Assembly (NCBI GenBank): GCA_000004985.1
Contig: GG738896.1
Source of the DNA: Naegleria gruberi
Taxonomy: Eukaryota
Direction: 5' to 3' (one strand)
DNA: 64,000 nucleotides
The position numbers and the translations under genes were made by a program. The notes below the pieces were generated by a model. That model made no database searches. It was not told where the DNA came from and saw nothing but the letters and a program-made list of their open reading frames with translations. Of this stretch, positions 53,182 to 63,866 are shown one piece after another (position 1 is the stretch's first letter; every line of letters starts with the position of its first letter).

Positions 53182-54090
53182 ATGAGCAAAATCGTCAAGA
53201 ATCTAAGTTTGGGAACGATGGTTTTCCTGGTTGGAGGTCTGGGAGCCACTATGTGGATGCAAAACAAGAGATTTGAATCGGAGAGTAAGATGAAAGACCT
53301 TACCTCTCCTCAGCAGATACAAAAAATTTCCGAGTCTCTTTCACCTTCTGATTTTACTAATTATCCAATTGGACAAATAATACCACTTGATGAGGATTCA
53401 AAACTTGTTAGATTTGTACTTTCAAAGCAAGGAGAGCCATTGAGATTAAATTTAAACAAGACAATTTCTAAAGTAAATATTTTGGATCCGAGAAATAATG
53501 ATGAGAATAGCACAAAATATGTACAAGAGTTTTATCCGATTAATGCATGTGATACTGTTGGATTTTTGGATATTTTGGTGAGCAAGAAGGAACAACCAGA
53601 TTTATTTAAATCAAAAACAGGAATGAGTTTTGGAATTCAAGGACCTTTTGAATCGGAATTTCAATATGATAAAAAGGAAAATAAGAGTCCATCAATTACA
53701 TTGGTAGCTCAGGATGTGGAACATGGAATTTCTCCATCTTTTCAATTAATGTCTGAAATTTTGGTCAACTCCCAAGGAAATAAGAGTAATCAACCAAAGA
53801 TTCATCTCTATTATATTGTATCAAAATCAAATTATCTCTTGAGACAAAGTTTGGATGATTTAAAGATTCCATTCCAAGGAAAATTAGAAGTAACCACCAT
53901 CATGAATAAGGGTGATAAGAAACCATGGGAAGCTCTCTCAGAAAATCTTCACAATATCGAAAAACTCAGACAAAACTCCACCTCAGGATGTCCAATCATT
54001 ATCTGTGGAACCAAAGATTTTGAATCCAACATGAAATCCCACCTCTCCAAACATGATATTTCTTCCATTACTCTCCAAAAAGATCAATAA
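53182..54090 (+). CDS. membrane-anchored ferredoxin-reductase-fold protein (cytochrome-b5-reductase-like, with degenerate NAD(P)-binding motifs)
   Basis: 302-aa ORF with an N-terminal TM (MVFLVGGLGATMWM) and a Cb5R-like layout (FYPINACDTVGFLDILV..; ITLVAQDVEHGISP in place of GGTGITP; PIIICGTKDFES resembling LMCGPPPM). Confidence 0.3.
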   Translation: MSKIVKNLSLGTMVFLVGGLGATMWMQNKRFESESKMKDLTSPQQIQKISESLSPSDFTNYPIGQIIPLDEDSKLVRFVLSKQGEPLRLNLNKTISKVNILDPRNNDENSTKYVQEFYPINACDTVGFLDILVSKKEQPDLFKSKTGMSFGIQGPFESEFQYDKKENKSPSITLVAQDVEHGISPSFQLMSEILVNSQGNKSNQPKIHLYYIVSKSNYLLRQSLDDLKIPFQGKLEVTTIMNKGDKKPWEALSENLHNIEKLRQNSTSGCPIIICGTKDFESNMKSHLSKHDISSITLQKDQ

Positions 54091-54324
54091 TCCACAAAAT
54101 TTCAAAATATATATCGAATTACTAGGATAAAATCAAATAAACCAATACAATGAAACTCAGCATTTTGACCCTTTTCAAAACCATTTCAATTCACTTGTAT
54201 TGTCTTCTAAATTAGAACCTGAAATGTCTATTCAAATTTCTTTTTATTTTTGAAAATTAAAAAACAATATCGCATCTTACTCCGAGTGTAATATATTTTC
54301 TATCCATCACAACACAGCAACAAT

Positions 54325-55032
54325 ATGAGTACGATAAGTAACGAGAGTAGTGATGATCTACCAAAATTTGTACTATATGGAAATCGTTTCTATCGTTCGA
54401 TTGGGATTTCTGTGGATGATTTAGATCCCGAAGGAGCTTTATATACCTATTTATTTAGTTTTGAAGAGGATGATGAAAATTCGCATCAACACAATACACT
54501 TGAATCATCAACAACTTCGGATCCATTATTGAATGCTACGGCAAATTCTACAAATGCCAATACAGATGTTACCACATTACGAAATGATGAAGAAAGTGAG
54601 GAGGATGATGTTGATGAAGATATGTCTGCTGGTACGTGGAGAATTAATAATTATTATAAAATTATGAAACACTTTATGATGATGATAATGCGGATTTAAT
54701 TTAATGAATTTATTCGAAAAGGAGGTGGAGCAGAATTAAGTTCTCATCAAACTCCTAATATTATACAACCTCCAAAGAGAGATGGACATGAATTTGATAT
54801 GCTACAATCAATTTATCAAGTTACAGGCCAATTATTAGCAAGTGCTGAAGAGAGAAGAGTAATTATTACCTATGTCTTGTGGTTTATTAATTTATCTTTG
54901 AAAAACGAAGAATCAGAAAGAAAAAAGATTGCCAGCTCAATTAAGAGGACTGAATTGGAACAAAATTTGATTGATATTGGTTTTAAGGAACAATCATCAA
55001 TTTACAAACATGTTAAACATATTTATGAATAA
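54325..55032 (+). CDS. hypothetical acidic protein, probably 2 exons (54325..about 54640, about 54720..55032)
   Basis: GTACGT donor after ...DMSAG. The acceptor ...TCGAAAAG precedes GAGGTGGAG in frame with the downstream ORF. Confidence 0.3.
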
Positions 55033-55187
55033 TTTGTTTAACAATTTTGTGTAATTGATTCTGTAAATATTTCTATTGTATTAGTTCTTGGCAACATTGA
55101 TTCTTTTTTCAATATTGTTCGATTATCAGCCTTGACTGTAGCCCAATGGTTTTTACACCTGTCAACAATCCAAAATTATAATAAAAA

Positions 55188-57698
55188 ATGGTAATTCATC
55201 AACCACAAGACTCCGCTCAGCAGCAACAGCAACAACAAGAATTAAATTTAAAAACCGTCAAAGTACCTATCGAAGTACAAAAACCACTCCTCTCTTCCTC
55301 TATTCTAAACTCTGAAGATTCCAATGATCCACAAACTGTTCTCACTGAACAAATTGTTCAACAATTGATGGACTATAGAGAGGAAGCTATCGCCAAGGGA
55401 TACCTAACTCTGAATATTCCCTTGCCACCAAATTTAAATTCCTCAACTTCTAATTTCACAACCGACTCACAAACTCTGAAACAATTTATGAGTGAGACGA
55501 ATCCTAAAGTTGAGAAATGTAAACCACAACATCAAGATAAACTTCACAATCATGAATTGAAGAGAGTTACTAAACATATACAGGGACAAGTTGAAAAATC
55601 ACTGATTAGTCAGTCGGAAGTTTCAAATCCATTGATGGATAGAGAACAGTGGTTGGCTCGTGCATTGAAGAGAAATCCAACTGCTTTGGCTTTGATGGAA
55701 AGAATGCGTCCTCTCAGTAAACACCCTTCTAATTGTACTGCTCTGACTCAAGTTCCAAGCGTTGGTGGTGGTCTGAGAGCTAGTTCAAGTTTTAGAAAGA
55801 AGGCCTCTTCATCATCTGGAAATTTGACCGATCAAAATTCTCCAAGAATTTCCACAAATTTACAAAGAAATGGAAGTGATCATAATATTGGCGGAAGTGT
55901 GAATATGACTTTATTAAATTCAATGAATGAGAGTGGATCAAGAGATTCTGTTAGTAATTTAATTTCATCCACAACTTCAATTTCTGGTGGAAGTACCACA
56001 AATTTATTGAAATTGATGGATATGGCAGGAAATGCAACTGATAGTGCTGGTGTTTTGAACGAAGAAGGAAAGAAGAGTATTTTGGATTATTCTAGCATTT
56101 TGGGTACTGTTGAAAATAGAGAAGTTCTCTCACGTGAAGCTCTTCTCCAATTGATCTATCAACATTTTGCTCAACGTGGACTTTATAAGACTATTCAAAC
56201 TATGGAAGAAGAAACAGGTATCAGATATAACGGCTTCAGATCAGAAAAGAATGCCAATAAGGATACACTCGTTACTACACTCCTCAGTCTTGGTATTAAA
56301 GATATTGAAAAGCCATACGCAATGCCACAATCAGATTTGGTCGATTTGGAAGCTGATGTAGAGATTCAAACTTCAAGTATTTATCATCACTTTGATGAAG
56401 ATTACGTTGATGACATGAAGAAACCATTGTGGGCTGAAATTAGTCATGCAGAGGAAGATGCAGAATATGTGGATGGTCATGACTTGAGAGGTGCTACATT
56501 GAACAAACTTATTGAAAAATTGACAAGTACAAGTGCTGATGGTAAATTCATTCAGTGCTTCCTTGTCACTTATCGTTCTTTCACAGTTCCTGAAATTTTA
56601 CTTCAAAAGCTTTGTCAAAGATATAGAGTTCCAAAATCTATTCCAGAAAGCGAAAAGGTACAAATTCAATTGAGAACTGGTGTTATTTTCAACAAGTGGA
56701 TTGAAGAATACTTTTCCTTGGATTGGAACGAAAACATGATTCGTGATTTTATTGTTTTCATTGAAGATTTCCTCTTGAAATATAGAAAGTTGGCCAAGAT
56801 GGGTGAAAAACTCAAACAAAAACTCGCTCAAAAATTGGCCTCCAGAAACAGAGAAACTGCCTTGGTTTTCAGTGAACAATCCCAAGCACCTGACGTACCA
56901 AGAAATGTCTTTTCACCAAAGCTTTCCATTTGGGACATTAAGGAAGAAGAATTGGCCAAACAAATTACATTCATGGATCACAACTTGTATCGTAACATTG
57001 AAGCTCACGAATTGTTGAATTGCTCTTGGTCTAAACCAAAACTCAGACATCGTTCCAAGCACGTTTTACTCAGTAGTGAATTTTTCAACAAACTTTCCAA
57101 TTGGTTCTCATGTCAAATTATTACCGAAGATTCATTGAGAGAAAGAAAGGCCAAATTGACCAAACTCATGAAAATTGCTGTAGCCATGTTCAGACTCAAT
57201 AACTTTAATTCATTGATGGCCCTCAACTCTGTCTACTCAAGTTCAGGTGTCTTCCGTTTGAAGTATGCCATAGGTGAAATCGACGAAGGAACCAAGAAGG
57301 ACTTTACTGATGCCATTGCTGTCATGTCCAACGATTCAAGCTCCAAGAGATACCGTACCTACATTAAGCAAGAAGCTAAACCACCTTTGAATATTTATTT
57401 GGGTATTTATTTGACCGATTTGACCATGATTGAAGATGGTAATCCAGATGTGATCAAACATCCAAAGACTCAAAGAAGTTTAATTAACTGGAAGAAGAGA
57501 CAATTGGTTGCCAATACTATTTCTGAAGTTATGCAGTACAAGAATCCACCTTACAATATTCAACAAGTGCACCAAATTCAAGAATTACTCAAGAATACTT
57601 TCGAAAATCATGAAATGGTTGAAGAAAAGAAACTCTTTGAAAAATCACTCATTACCGAACCAAGAAGTGTTCAAAGAAAAGAAGATTTGAAACAATAA
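55188..57698 (+). CDS. Ras guanine-nucleotide exchange factor (RasGEF_N plus CDC25-homology domain) with a LisH motif
   Basis: 836-aa ORF. LisH (EALLQLIYQHFAQRGLYKTIQTMEEETG). RasGEF_N (LNKLIEKLTS...FLVTYRSFTVPEILLQKLCQRY). CDC25 catalytic motifs (ITFMDHNLYRNIEAHELL; NFNSLMALNSVYSS; IYLGIYLTDLTMIEDGNPD). Confidence 0.8.
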   Translation: MVIHQPQDSAQQQQQQQELNLKTVKVPIEVQKPLLSSSILNSEDSNDPQTVLTEQIVQQLMDYREEAIAKGYLTLNIPLPPNLNSSTSNFTTDSQTLKQFMSETNPKVEKCKPQHQDKLHNHELKRVTKHIQGQVEKSLISQSEVSNPLMDREQWLARALKRNPTALALMERMRPLSKHPSNCTALTQVPSVGGGLRASSSFRKKASSSSGNLTDQNSPRISTNLQRNGSDHNIGGSVNMTLLNSMNESGSRDSVSNLISSTTSISGGSTTNLLKLMDMAGNATDSAGVLNEEGKKSILDYSSILGTVENREVLSREALLQLIYQHFAQRGLYKTIQTMEEETGIRYNGFRSEKNANKDTLVTTLLSLGIKDIEKPYAMPQSDLVDLEADVEIQTSSIYHHFDEDYVDDMKKPLWAEISHAEEDAEYVDGHDLRGATLNKLIEKLTSTSADGKFIQCFLVTYRSFTVPEILLQKLCQRYRVPKSIPESEKVQIQLRTGVIFNKWIEEYFSLDWNENMIRDFIVFIEDFLLKYRKLAKMGEKLKQKLAQKLASRNRETALVFSEQSQAPDVPRNVFSPKLSIWDIKEEELAKQITFMDHNLYRNIEAHELLNCSWSKPKLRHRSKHVLLSSEFFNKLSNWFSCQIITEDSLRERKAKLTKLMKIAVAMFRLNNFNSLMALNSVYSSSGVFRLKYAIGEIDEGTKKDFTDAIAVMSNDSSSKRYRTYIKQEAKPPLNIYLGIYLTDLTMIEDGNPDVIKHPKTQRSLINWKKRQLVANTISEVMQYKNPPYNIQQVHQIQELLKNTFENHEMVEEKKLFEKSLITEPRSVQRKEDLKQ

Positions 57699-57836
57699 GG
57701 CTCTGTAACTTATTTTCCAATGAATTGTACCATATAATAAACCTTTAGTTTCGTATTAATCTGTATGTAATATTGAAATGGAAAATTATTTGAAATGCTT
57801 TTAGCAGATTAAGGATAGCAAAAAATTAGTAAAATT

Positions 57837-57909
57837 TATACCCTGTGGGACTCGAACCCACAACCCCCGGCTCCGTAGGCCGATGCTCTTCCAATTGAGC
57901 CAAGGGTAC
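57837..57909 (-). tRNA. tRNA-Arg (anticodon ACG)
   Basis: Minus-strand read GTACCCTTGGCTCAATTGGAAGAGCATCGGCCTACGGAGCCGGGGGTTGTGGGTTCGAGTCCCACAGGGTATA. The acceptor stem has a G1:U72 wobble, the anticodon loop is CTACGGA, and the T-loop is TTCGAGT. No encoded CCA. Confidence 0.8.
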
Positions 57910-58073
57910 TTTCTTTGAAGTGATATCATTATTCTTTTTATCATTTCCCTTTTTTGTACAGCTAAGGTTCAAGTTTAATAATGCAGTATTAATAATTGTG
58001 GGATTTGAACATTATCCTTAGTGCTTTGAGTTATTAATAACCGTACCAAATTGTATTACACCTCGGAAAAAAA

Positions 58074-58946
58074 ATGTCCAAAAACCAATTCGATTTGTTG
58101 GGAGATGATTCGCTAGTTAAAGATTACGAAAAACACAGAATCATTAATGAAAGAAATCAACCACTACTCTTCCGATCACTAAAAGAAAAAGAAAAATCGA
58201 AAAAGCGAACCAAAAGAGCTGAATTTGAACTAATATATGATATTGAGTATTTGTGGTTTATAGTATTGGAGTTTCTTCCTTTGAGAGATTTATTAAGATG
58301 CTCCGTAGTGAATAAATTCACATGTGGATTGATTCATTCCTATAATTGTTATGGAGAAATATTGAAAAGAGATTTCTTTAATAACAATGAAAATGATAAG
58401 AAAGAGATGGGAAAAATTGTAAAGAATATCGATAATACTGGAGTTTTTGCTTACTTGATTCAGGATTTTATTGGAAAAGCCAAGTTAACTCCTCAAAAAT
58501 TACAAACAATTAAGAATACTATTATGCAAGAACCAGACTCTAAAATGAAGAGAATATTTGGAAAGATTTATTTGGCCATTGAGGAGGAGATTGAAAGTGT
58601 ACAAGAAGAGGCAGAGCTATTGAAGCAACATGTTAGAAGCTTCTTGATTGAAAAGCTTTCTAAAAAGAAGACTGAAAATATGAAAACTAAGGTTAAGGAA
58701 TGTGCTCACAACCATTGTGCAATTTCTCAAATCAGTTTACCTCCATTTACATTCAGACTCGAGTGCTTGGATTGTAAAGTGGCTGCAAGTACCAACTTTA
58801 GGCCAGAAAATGTTTTCAGAAAGGAAGTTCGATCAAGACTATGTAGATACCGAGTTCTGGACACATCAACCAAATTTGACAAGTATGTCTTGAATACTAC
58901 TTCACATTCTTTTGAATTTGATCCAGATACTGTGTATAATTGCTAA
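58074..58946 (+). CDS. hypothetical F-box-like protein
   Basis: 290-aa ORF with an F-box-like stretch IEYLWFIVLEFLPLRDLLRCSVVNKF. Confidence 0.3.
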   Translation: MSKNQFDLLGDDSLVKDYEKHRIINERNQPLLFRSLKEKEKSKKRTKRAEFELIYDIEYLWFIVLEFLPLRDLLRCSVVNKFTCGLIHSYNCYGEILKRDFFNNNENDKKEMGKIVKNIDNTGVFAYLIQDFIGKAKLTPQKLQTIKNTIMQEPDSKMKRIFGKIYLAIEEEIESVQEEAELLKQHVRSFLIEKLSKKKTENMKTKVKECAHNHCAISQISLPPFTFRLECLDCKVAASTNFRPENVFRKEVRSRLCRYRVLDTSTKFDKYVLNTTSHSFEFDPDTVYNC

Positions 58947-58995
58947 GATAATGAATGGGATTAAATAATTCAATTTATTTCTTTATAAAACAAAA

Positions 58996-59952
58996 ATGCA
59001 CAAGCAAATACCTTCACCATCCTCAACTTTGATCAAACTTGATAAATTCTCAGATACTGATGATTGGCCAGTACAAGTTTCGGAATGGACTTGTCCAAGT
59101 TGTTCTCATCAAAATCAAAAATCATACAAGTGTTGTGAAAATTGTTCTTTCCAATCATCTCAATTCTTTTTCAATAACAGAGGAGCACACTTTAAATCGG
59201 AGAAGAAGATTGACAAGTTTTATCAAGTTTTTAAAAAGAAAAAGGTTTTCCTACCTGTAGTCCACGTTTGGGATGTTGCTCATGCTCTAAAGAATGCAAA
59301 ATTACTCTACGATCATCACGTAGATGGTCTCTTTCTCATCAATAATAATTGCTCGGCTGACATCTTGATCGATGCTATTAAAAGTGTTAGAAGGGAATTT
59401 CCAGACAAGTGGCTTGGTATTAATATTTTGGGTATTTCTATTAGGGAATTATTTCTGAAGATTGCTGATTTGGATTTTGATGGATTGTGGTTGGATAGTG
59501 CCATGATTACTGAGGAGAGTGAATTCCAGAATATTGCAGAATTCATTCAGGATCAATTGGGGAGTATGAATTTCAAAGGATTGTACTTTGGTGGAATTGC
59601 ATTTAAATATCAGAGGACTGTTATCAAAGATTTGAAAAAAGTAATTGATATTGCTAGCAGCTATGTGGATGTTATTCTCACATCAGGTGAAGCAACTGGA
59701 ATGCAAATTAAGGAGGAAAAACTGAAAAAGTTTACAGAGCTAGTCAAATGTAATCCTTTAGGAATAGCTTCTGGTGTGACGAATAAGAATTTGATCACAT
59801 CAATTAAACATGCAGATGTGTTCATTGTTGGTACATATATTGAGCACTACGTAACAGGAGATATTGTTGAGGAGAAGCTGGAAGAAATGTTAAAACTATT
59901 TCAAATGTACAATGAAATGCTAGAGAAGAGGAAGCAAGATGATATTCAGTAA
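58996..59952 (+). CDS. RanBP2-type zinc finger fused to a BtpA/SgcQ-like TIM-barrel domain (tentative)
   Basis: WTCPSCSHQNQKSYKCCENCSF matches W-x-C-x2-C...N...C-x2-C. The downstream VFLPVVHVWDVAHALKNA...VFIVGTYIE resembles BtpA-family (PF03437) barrels. Confidence 0.4.
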   Translation: MHKQIPSPSSTLIKLDKFSDTDDWPVQVSEWTCPSCSHQNQKSYKCCENCSFQSSQFFFNNRGAHFKSEKKIDKFYQVFKKKKVFLPVVHVWDVAHALKNAKLLYDHHVDGLFLINNNCSADILIDAIKSVRREFPDKWLGINILGISIRELFLKIADLDFDGLWLDSAMITEESEFQNIAEFIQDQLGSMNFKGLYFGGIAFKYQRTVIKDLKKVIDIASSYVDVILTSGEATGMQIKEEKLKKFTELVKCNPLGIASGVTNKNLITSIKHADVFIVGTYIEHYVTGDIVEEKLEEMLKLFQMYNEMLEKRKQDDIQ

Positions 59953-59960
59953 GGAATAAA

Positions 59961-61484
59961 TTAAATCTTTTTTAGTTTGACAGTAAATGAATTATTGGCA
60001 GAGCTGGTAATTGTTCTTATGGAGTGACCTTGTAATTCCTCAGATTCTCCATATTGTGCTACACTCGAGGAAGAAAATTGGAAAATTTGACCACCACTTC
60101 CTTGTGATGAGAGAGGTGTGGGTATTTCTCTTCCTTGATACTCGTTCAATCTTCCAGTTTCATCCTTGAAATCTTTCACTGAGCAAATAAAATCTGGATT
60201 CATCTTGCTTACCGATTCACATACATCCAAAAAACTGTGTGGGAGGATGTATCCGCCACTGACCTCCAGTGAGTAAGGTTTGTTATTGCCATTCTCGTTA
60301 TTTGTTCTTGGGAATAATTTACATTTTTTCAAGGTGGAATTAATGAAAATATGTGGACTGATTATTTGAGGAACATCATAATCTAAAAATCTCAAATGAT
60401 AATTTCCCAAAAAGTCAATTAGTGAGTGAAGATTGCTTCGTCCAATAATAACCAAGTACCTATACTGATTGCTGATTTCCTCTGGTCTGGATGCCAACAT
60501 GACGTTATCTGCCTCAGTTCTCATCTCTGGCTTATTCACAGAATGTTCACTAAATTCAATGTCCTCAGCTTTCAATCTACTAATTAAATCCGAACTTGGC
60601 TGAGAGACGATACACCTTTTGGCTTTTGATGAAAAGGCAGATTCGTTTAAAAAGATGAAGGAACTTTTCTGGCCATAATCTGGAAGGAGGTAAAAGTAAG
60701 GGCATAGACCTTCAATGAAGGATGTGAAAACTGAAATTAATGCCTCACACCAACAATTATACCTCTCATTTAAAAACTCGATATCTAATCTTTGTAAATT
60801 CTTATCAAAAGTCTCATAAACATCTGACAAATTTTCCAAATTTTCTCTGTTATAGTTAGGTAATTCTCTTATTTTGGAATACATAGAGTGAGGTAAAAGA
60901 GATGAAGGATAAATATGATAGAGAAGGCCTTTGAAGAATTCACTTGAGGTTTGCGGTTCTTGATGAATTGGTGAAGGAGTCATTGGACTCTGACTAAAAC
61001 TTTGTGAAAATCTCGTATTCGTTACAACATTACTAGTAGAGTTACCAGTTACAAAACTGGACAATCCCACAACTTTAGAATTTCCACTAATATTATTCGT
61101 CCAAATAAAATTCGCCGATGACTTGAAAGTTATAAATGTTTTCAAAGTATAATCAATAGGAATATTCTTGATCAATTTAACATCCAATTCTCTTTCCTGA
61201 TTGGCAATCTTTTTCTTATTCGCTACTGCTGATGGCTTTCCCAAAAGAGCAAATCCTTGAAAGAGTTTCTTTTTCTGCTCTTCGGAAACTTGTCTCTTGG
61301 TAGCACCCACTCCGAGATTTAATAATTTATTGTCAGCCTCCGTCAGCTTTGGCTTCTTGCTTTCGGTGGTAGATGAGGAATCGGCAGAAGACGAGTGATG
61401 ATCATTTTCAGAAGGGGAGGATCTTTTCATTTTTTTTTGAATTTGTTTTTTATTAAATTTTGGCGCCAAATTTGAGTTATTCAA
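59961..61484 (-). CDS. hypothetical protein (Ser/Thr-rich N-terminus, conserved-looking C-terminal region)
   Basis: 507-aa ORF with no confidently recognised domain. Confidence 0.35.
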   Translation of the reverse strand: MNNSNLAPKFNKKQIQKKMKRSSPSENDHHSSSADSSSTTESKKPKLTEADNKLLNLGVGATKRQVSEEQKKKLFQGFALLGKPSAVANKKKIANQERELDVKLIKNIPIDYTLKTFITFKSSANFIWTNNISGNSKVVGLSSFVTGNSTSNVVTNTRFSQSFSQSPMTPSPIHQEPQTSSEFFKGLLYHIYPSSLLPHSMYSKIRELPNYNRENLENLSDVYETFDKNLQRLDIEFLNERYNCWCEALISVFTSFIEGLCPYFYLLPDYGQKSSFIFLNESAFSSKAKRCIVSQPSSDLISRLKAEDIEFSEHSVNKPEMRTEADNVMLASRPEEISNQYRYLVIIGRSNLHSLIDFLGNYHLRFLDYDVPQIISPHIFINSTLKKCKLFPRTNNENGNNKPYSLEVSGGYILPHSFLDVCESVSKMNPDFICSVKDFKDETGRLNEYQGREIPTPLSSQGSGGQIFQFSSSSVAQYGESEELQGHSIRTITSSANNSFTVKLKKI

Positions 61485-61529
61485 CAGTTATTTGTTAATA
61501 TCTCAAAGTGTTTAAATAGTATTTGACAA

Positions 61530-63866
61530 TTATTGTGTAATTTGGAATACTTCAATTTCTAAAACTCTAAAATTAGCACATCCAGCCAAATATTTCGAAA
61601 TAGACTTTGAACTATAATTGCCCGTATCTGGAAGGTAATACGTGTGTCCAAATTTCGAATAAGAATTGAGATTTTCATTGCAATTATCAGCAATGCAAAA
61701 GTCATTTCCACCTCCAAATATTGGTAAATAAGAAGCTTTTGCAGAAATAGCAAATCTGTGTTGACCTGGCTTGATATTGAACTTGTTAAAAATATATACC
61801 ATTCCATTGCTAGTCACTTTTTGAAATATTTTAAAGATGAAAGCTGAAGTATCAGAGACGTATTCTACACCAGTGTTAGCCCAACTTTGCATTGTGAATC
61901 CTCCAAAAATATGTCCAAAATCTGACTGAATAATTGTAAGAGTAGGTCCCTTATTATCACAAAGTTCATGGAATTTTGATGCCTTGAAACCATCTCTTGA
62001 ACCTCTGTAGAGTAGAGTGGGCTTAATACGAGATTTGGTATGAACATTAATCTCATTGAACATTCTAGAATTTGGAATAATATTTGAGTTGAAAAAAATG
62101 TTCTTGAATTTTTCAGAATTACAATCAAAGGTATCATTATCGGCATTGAAAATGGCTTGTTCGAAATTGGAATTGGCAAAATCACACATTCTCAATTTAC
62201 ATGTGGAAAAGTTGCACTTTTTCAAGTTCGAGTCAAGAAATTTGCACTTGTCGAATAGCAAGTTCTTGAATTGATAATTTTCAAAGTTAATGGAATGGAA
62301 GGAACATTCGGTGAAGGTAATGTCATACAATTGAGATTCGGGAAATACGAATTCTCTATCGAAAGAGCATCTCCAAAATTCCACACATATGATTTCACAA
62401 TTTTCAAATTTGGTTTGGAAGGAACAATCTGAAAATCCAATATTCAACAATTTGCAGTCCTTAAACTTGTTGTTTTTCAAGTTTTCTAAATGACAATTTT
62501 CAAATGTGAAATCTGAAAATATGCATTCAGTAAAGCAATACGCCAAATTTAAATTGGTTTCGAATAGAGATCCAATCTGACTGTGTTTGACTTCTATACC
62601 TTGAATTGTAAGAGAGTTAAGTAAATCAGGGGAAATTTTGGAAAGATTAATTTGACACTTTTTCAATGTACTTCCCTTAATTGTATTCGAAAAATCGAAA
62701 TGTCTCATGTCCATATCAGAAAATGTGCATACATTGAGAGTACATTCTTTGCATTGCAAACTCTTTACACCAGTAAAGAACGATCCATCAAGAGTACAAT
62801 TCACAAACCTGCAACTTTCAATATTATTTGATTGATTGAATTGAAGTTGAACTCGACATGAAATCATTTTAGCACCTGCAAAGTTTGCCTTATCAATCAA
62901 ACAATTCTCAAATCTCACATTTCTAAATGTAGTTTTGGAAAAGTCACAATTAATGAAATCATAATGATAGGAGAATGTAATTAATGCAATTTCCATTCCA
63001 CTGAATTTCATATTTCTAAAGTATTTGGAATTCATGTGATTGTTAAATAATTGACCAAGTGTACTATTGATTGGAATTTTCTTCAATTCCTTCCAATAAT
63101 TCTTCAACTTGAAAACCTTACAAGCAGAAATCAATTGTTGCTTCAAAGTTGGTGATAAATCACTACTTGCAATGATATTGCCAAACTTGAACCATTCCAA
63201 TAGGTGCTTGAATACTGTTGGATCACAATCAACAAAGAAGGAACCATTCTTTTCGGTAAAGATATTGGTTCTTTCACCTTTCAATAATTTGATGAATAGA
63301 TTGGTTTCGTCCTCTCTTTTTGTGGAGGTGAAATATTTCTTATTGGTCATTATTAGTTGACCACCAATATTGAAATATATTGGATCCAGTTCCATTTCGT
63401 CATCATCGTCATCTTCAAACTCATCTTCGGATTGTTCTTCTTCAACTTGTTTCTTTTCTGCCTCCTCAACTGCTTCTTTTTGCTTTCGTTCAATTTCTTC
63501 CAAAATTGTCTTCCTTGTTGAACATTCTTCCAAATGTTCTAGAATTCTCCCTCTAGCTTCTTCTTTATTGCAATAACTACAAACTACCATCAGCTTGTCA
63601 ATGTAGTTTTTAATGTTTTTCGGAGCAGGTTTAGTTTGAAAATTGGCATCATGACATTTAGGACAAGTTGAAAGGGACTTGGCACATGCTAAACAAAACA
63701 TATTTTCACAAATAGTATGGAAAACAGGATCAGACAATGGCAGAGAACAGGAAGAACACAGCCACTCTTCTTCTACCTTCTCCACAAACGAAAAATCGAG
63801 TATTGTCGCATGAGATTGTGGTGTCACCTGCTGCTTCACTGTCAACATTTTTTTTTCAAGGAACAA
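61530..63866 (-). CDS. multidomain protein: RING/TRAF-type zinc fingers, BTB (KCTD-type), pentapeptide repeats, C-terminal TLDc domain
   Basis: N-terminal CSSCSLPLSDPVFHTICENMFCLACAKSLSTCPKCH plus VVCSYCNKEEARGRILEHLEEC (RING plus TRAF-like ZnF). BTB_2 (IYFNIGGQLIMTNKKYF...FFVDCDPTVFKHLLEWFKFG). Pentapeptide-like repeats (CDFSKTTFRNVRFENCLIDKANFAGAKM...). TLDc-like C-terminus (LLYRGSRDGFKASKFHELCDNKGPTLTIIQSDFGHIFGGFT...LPIFGGGNDFCI). Confidence 0.6.
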   Translation of the reverse strand: MFLEKKMLTVKQQVTPQSHATILDFSFVEKVEEEWLCSSCSLPLSDPVFHTICENMFCLACAKSLSTCPKCHDANFQTKPAPKNIKNYIDKLMVVCSYCNKEEARGRILEHLEECSTRKTILEEIERKQKEAVEEAEKKQVEEEQSEDEFEDDDDDEMELDPIYFNIGGQLIMTNKKYFTSTKREDETNLFIKLLKGERTNIFTEKNGSFFVDCDPTVFKHLLEWFKFGNIIASSDLSPTLKQQLISACKVFKLKNYWKELKKIPINSTLGQLFNNHMNSKYFRNMKFSGMEIALITFSYHYDFINCDFSKTTFRNVRFENCLIDKANFAGAKMISCRVQLQFNQSNNIESCRFVNCTLDGSFFTGVKSLQCKECTLNVCTFSDMDMRHFDFSNTIKGSTLKKCQINLSKISPDLLNSLTIQGIEVKHSQIGSLFETNLNLAYCFTECIFSDFTFENCHLENLKNNKFKDCKLLNIGFSDCSFQTKFENCEIICVEFWRCSFDREFVFPESQLYDITFTECSFHSINFENYQFKNLLFDKCKFLDSNLKKCNFSTCKLRMCDFANSNFEQAIFNADNDTFDCNSEKFKNIFFNSNIIPNSRMFNEINVHTKSRIKPTLLYRGSRDGFKASKFHELCDNKGPTLTIIQSDFGHIFGGFTMQSWANTGVEYVSDTSAFIFKIFQKVTSNGMVYIFNKFNIKPGQHRFAISAKASYLPIFGGGNDFCIADNCNENLNSYSKFGHTYYLPDTGNYSSKSISKYLAGCANFRVLEIEVFQITQ

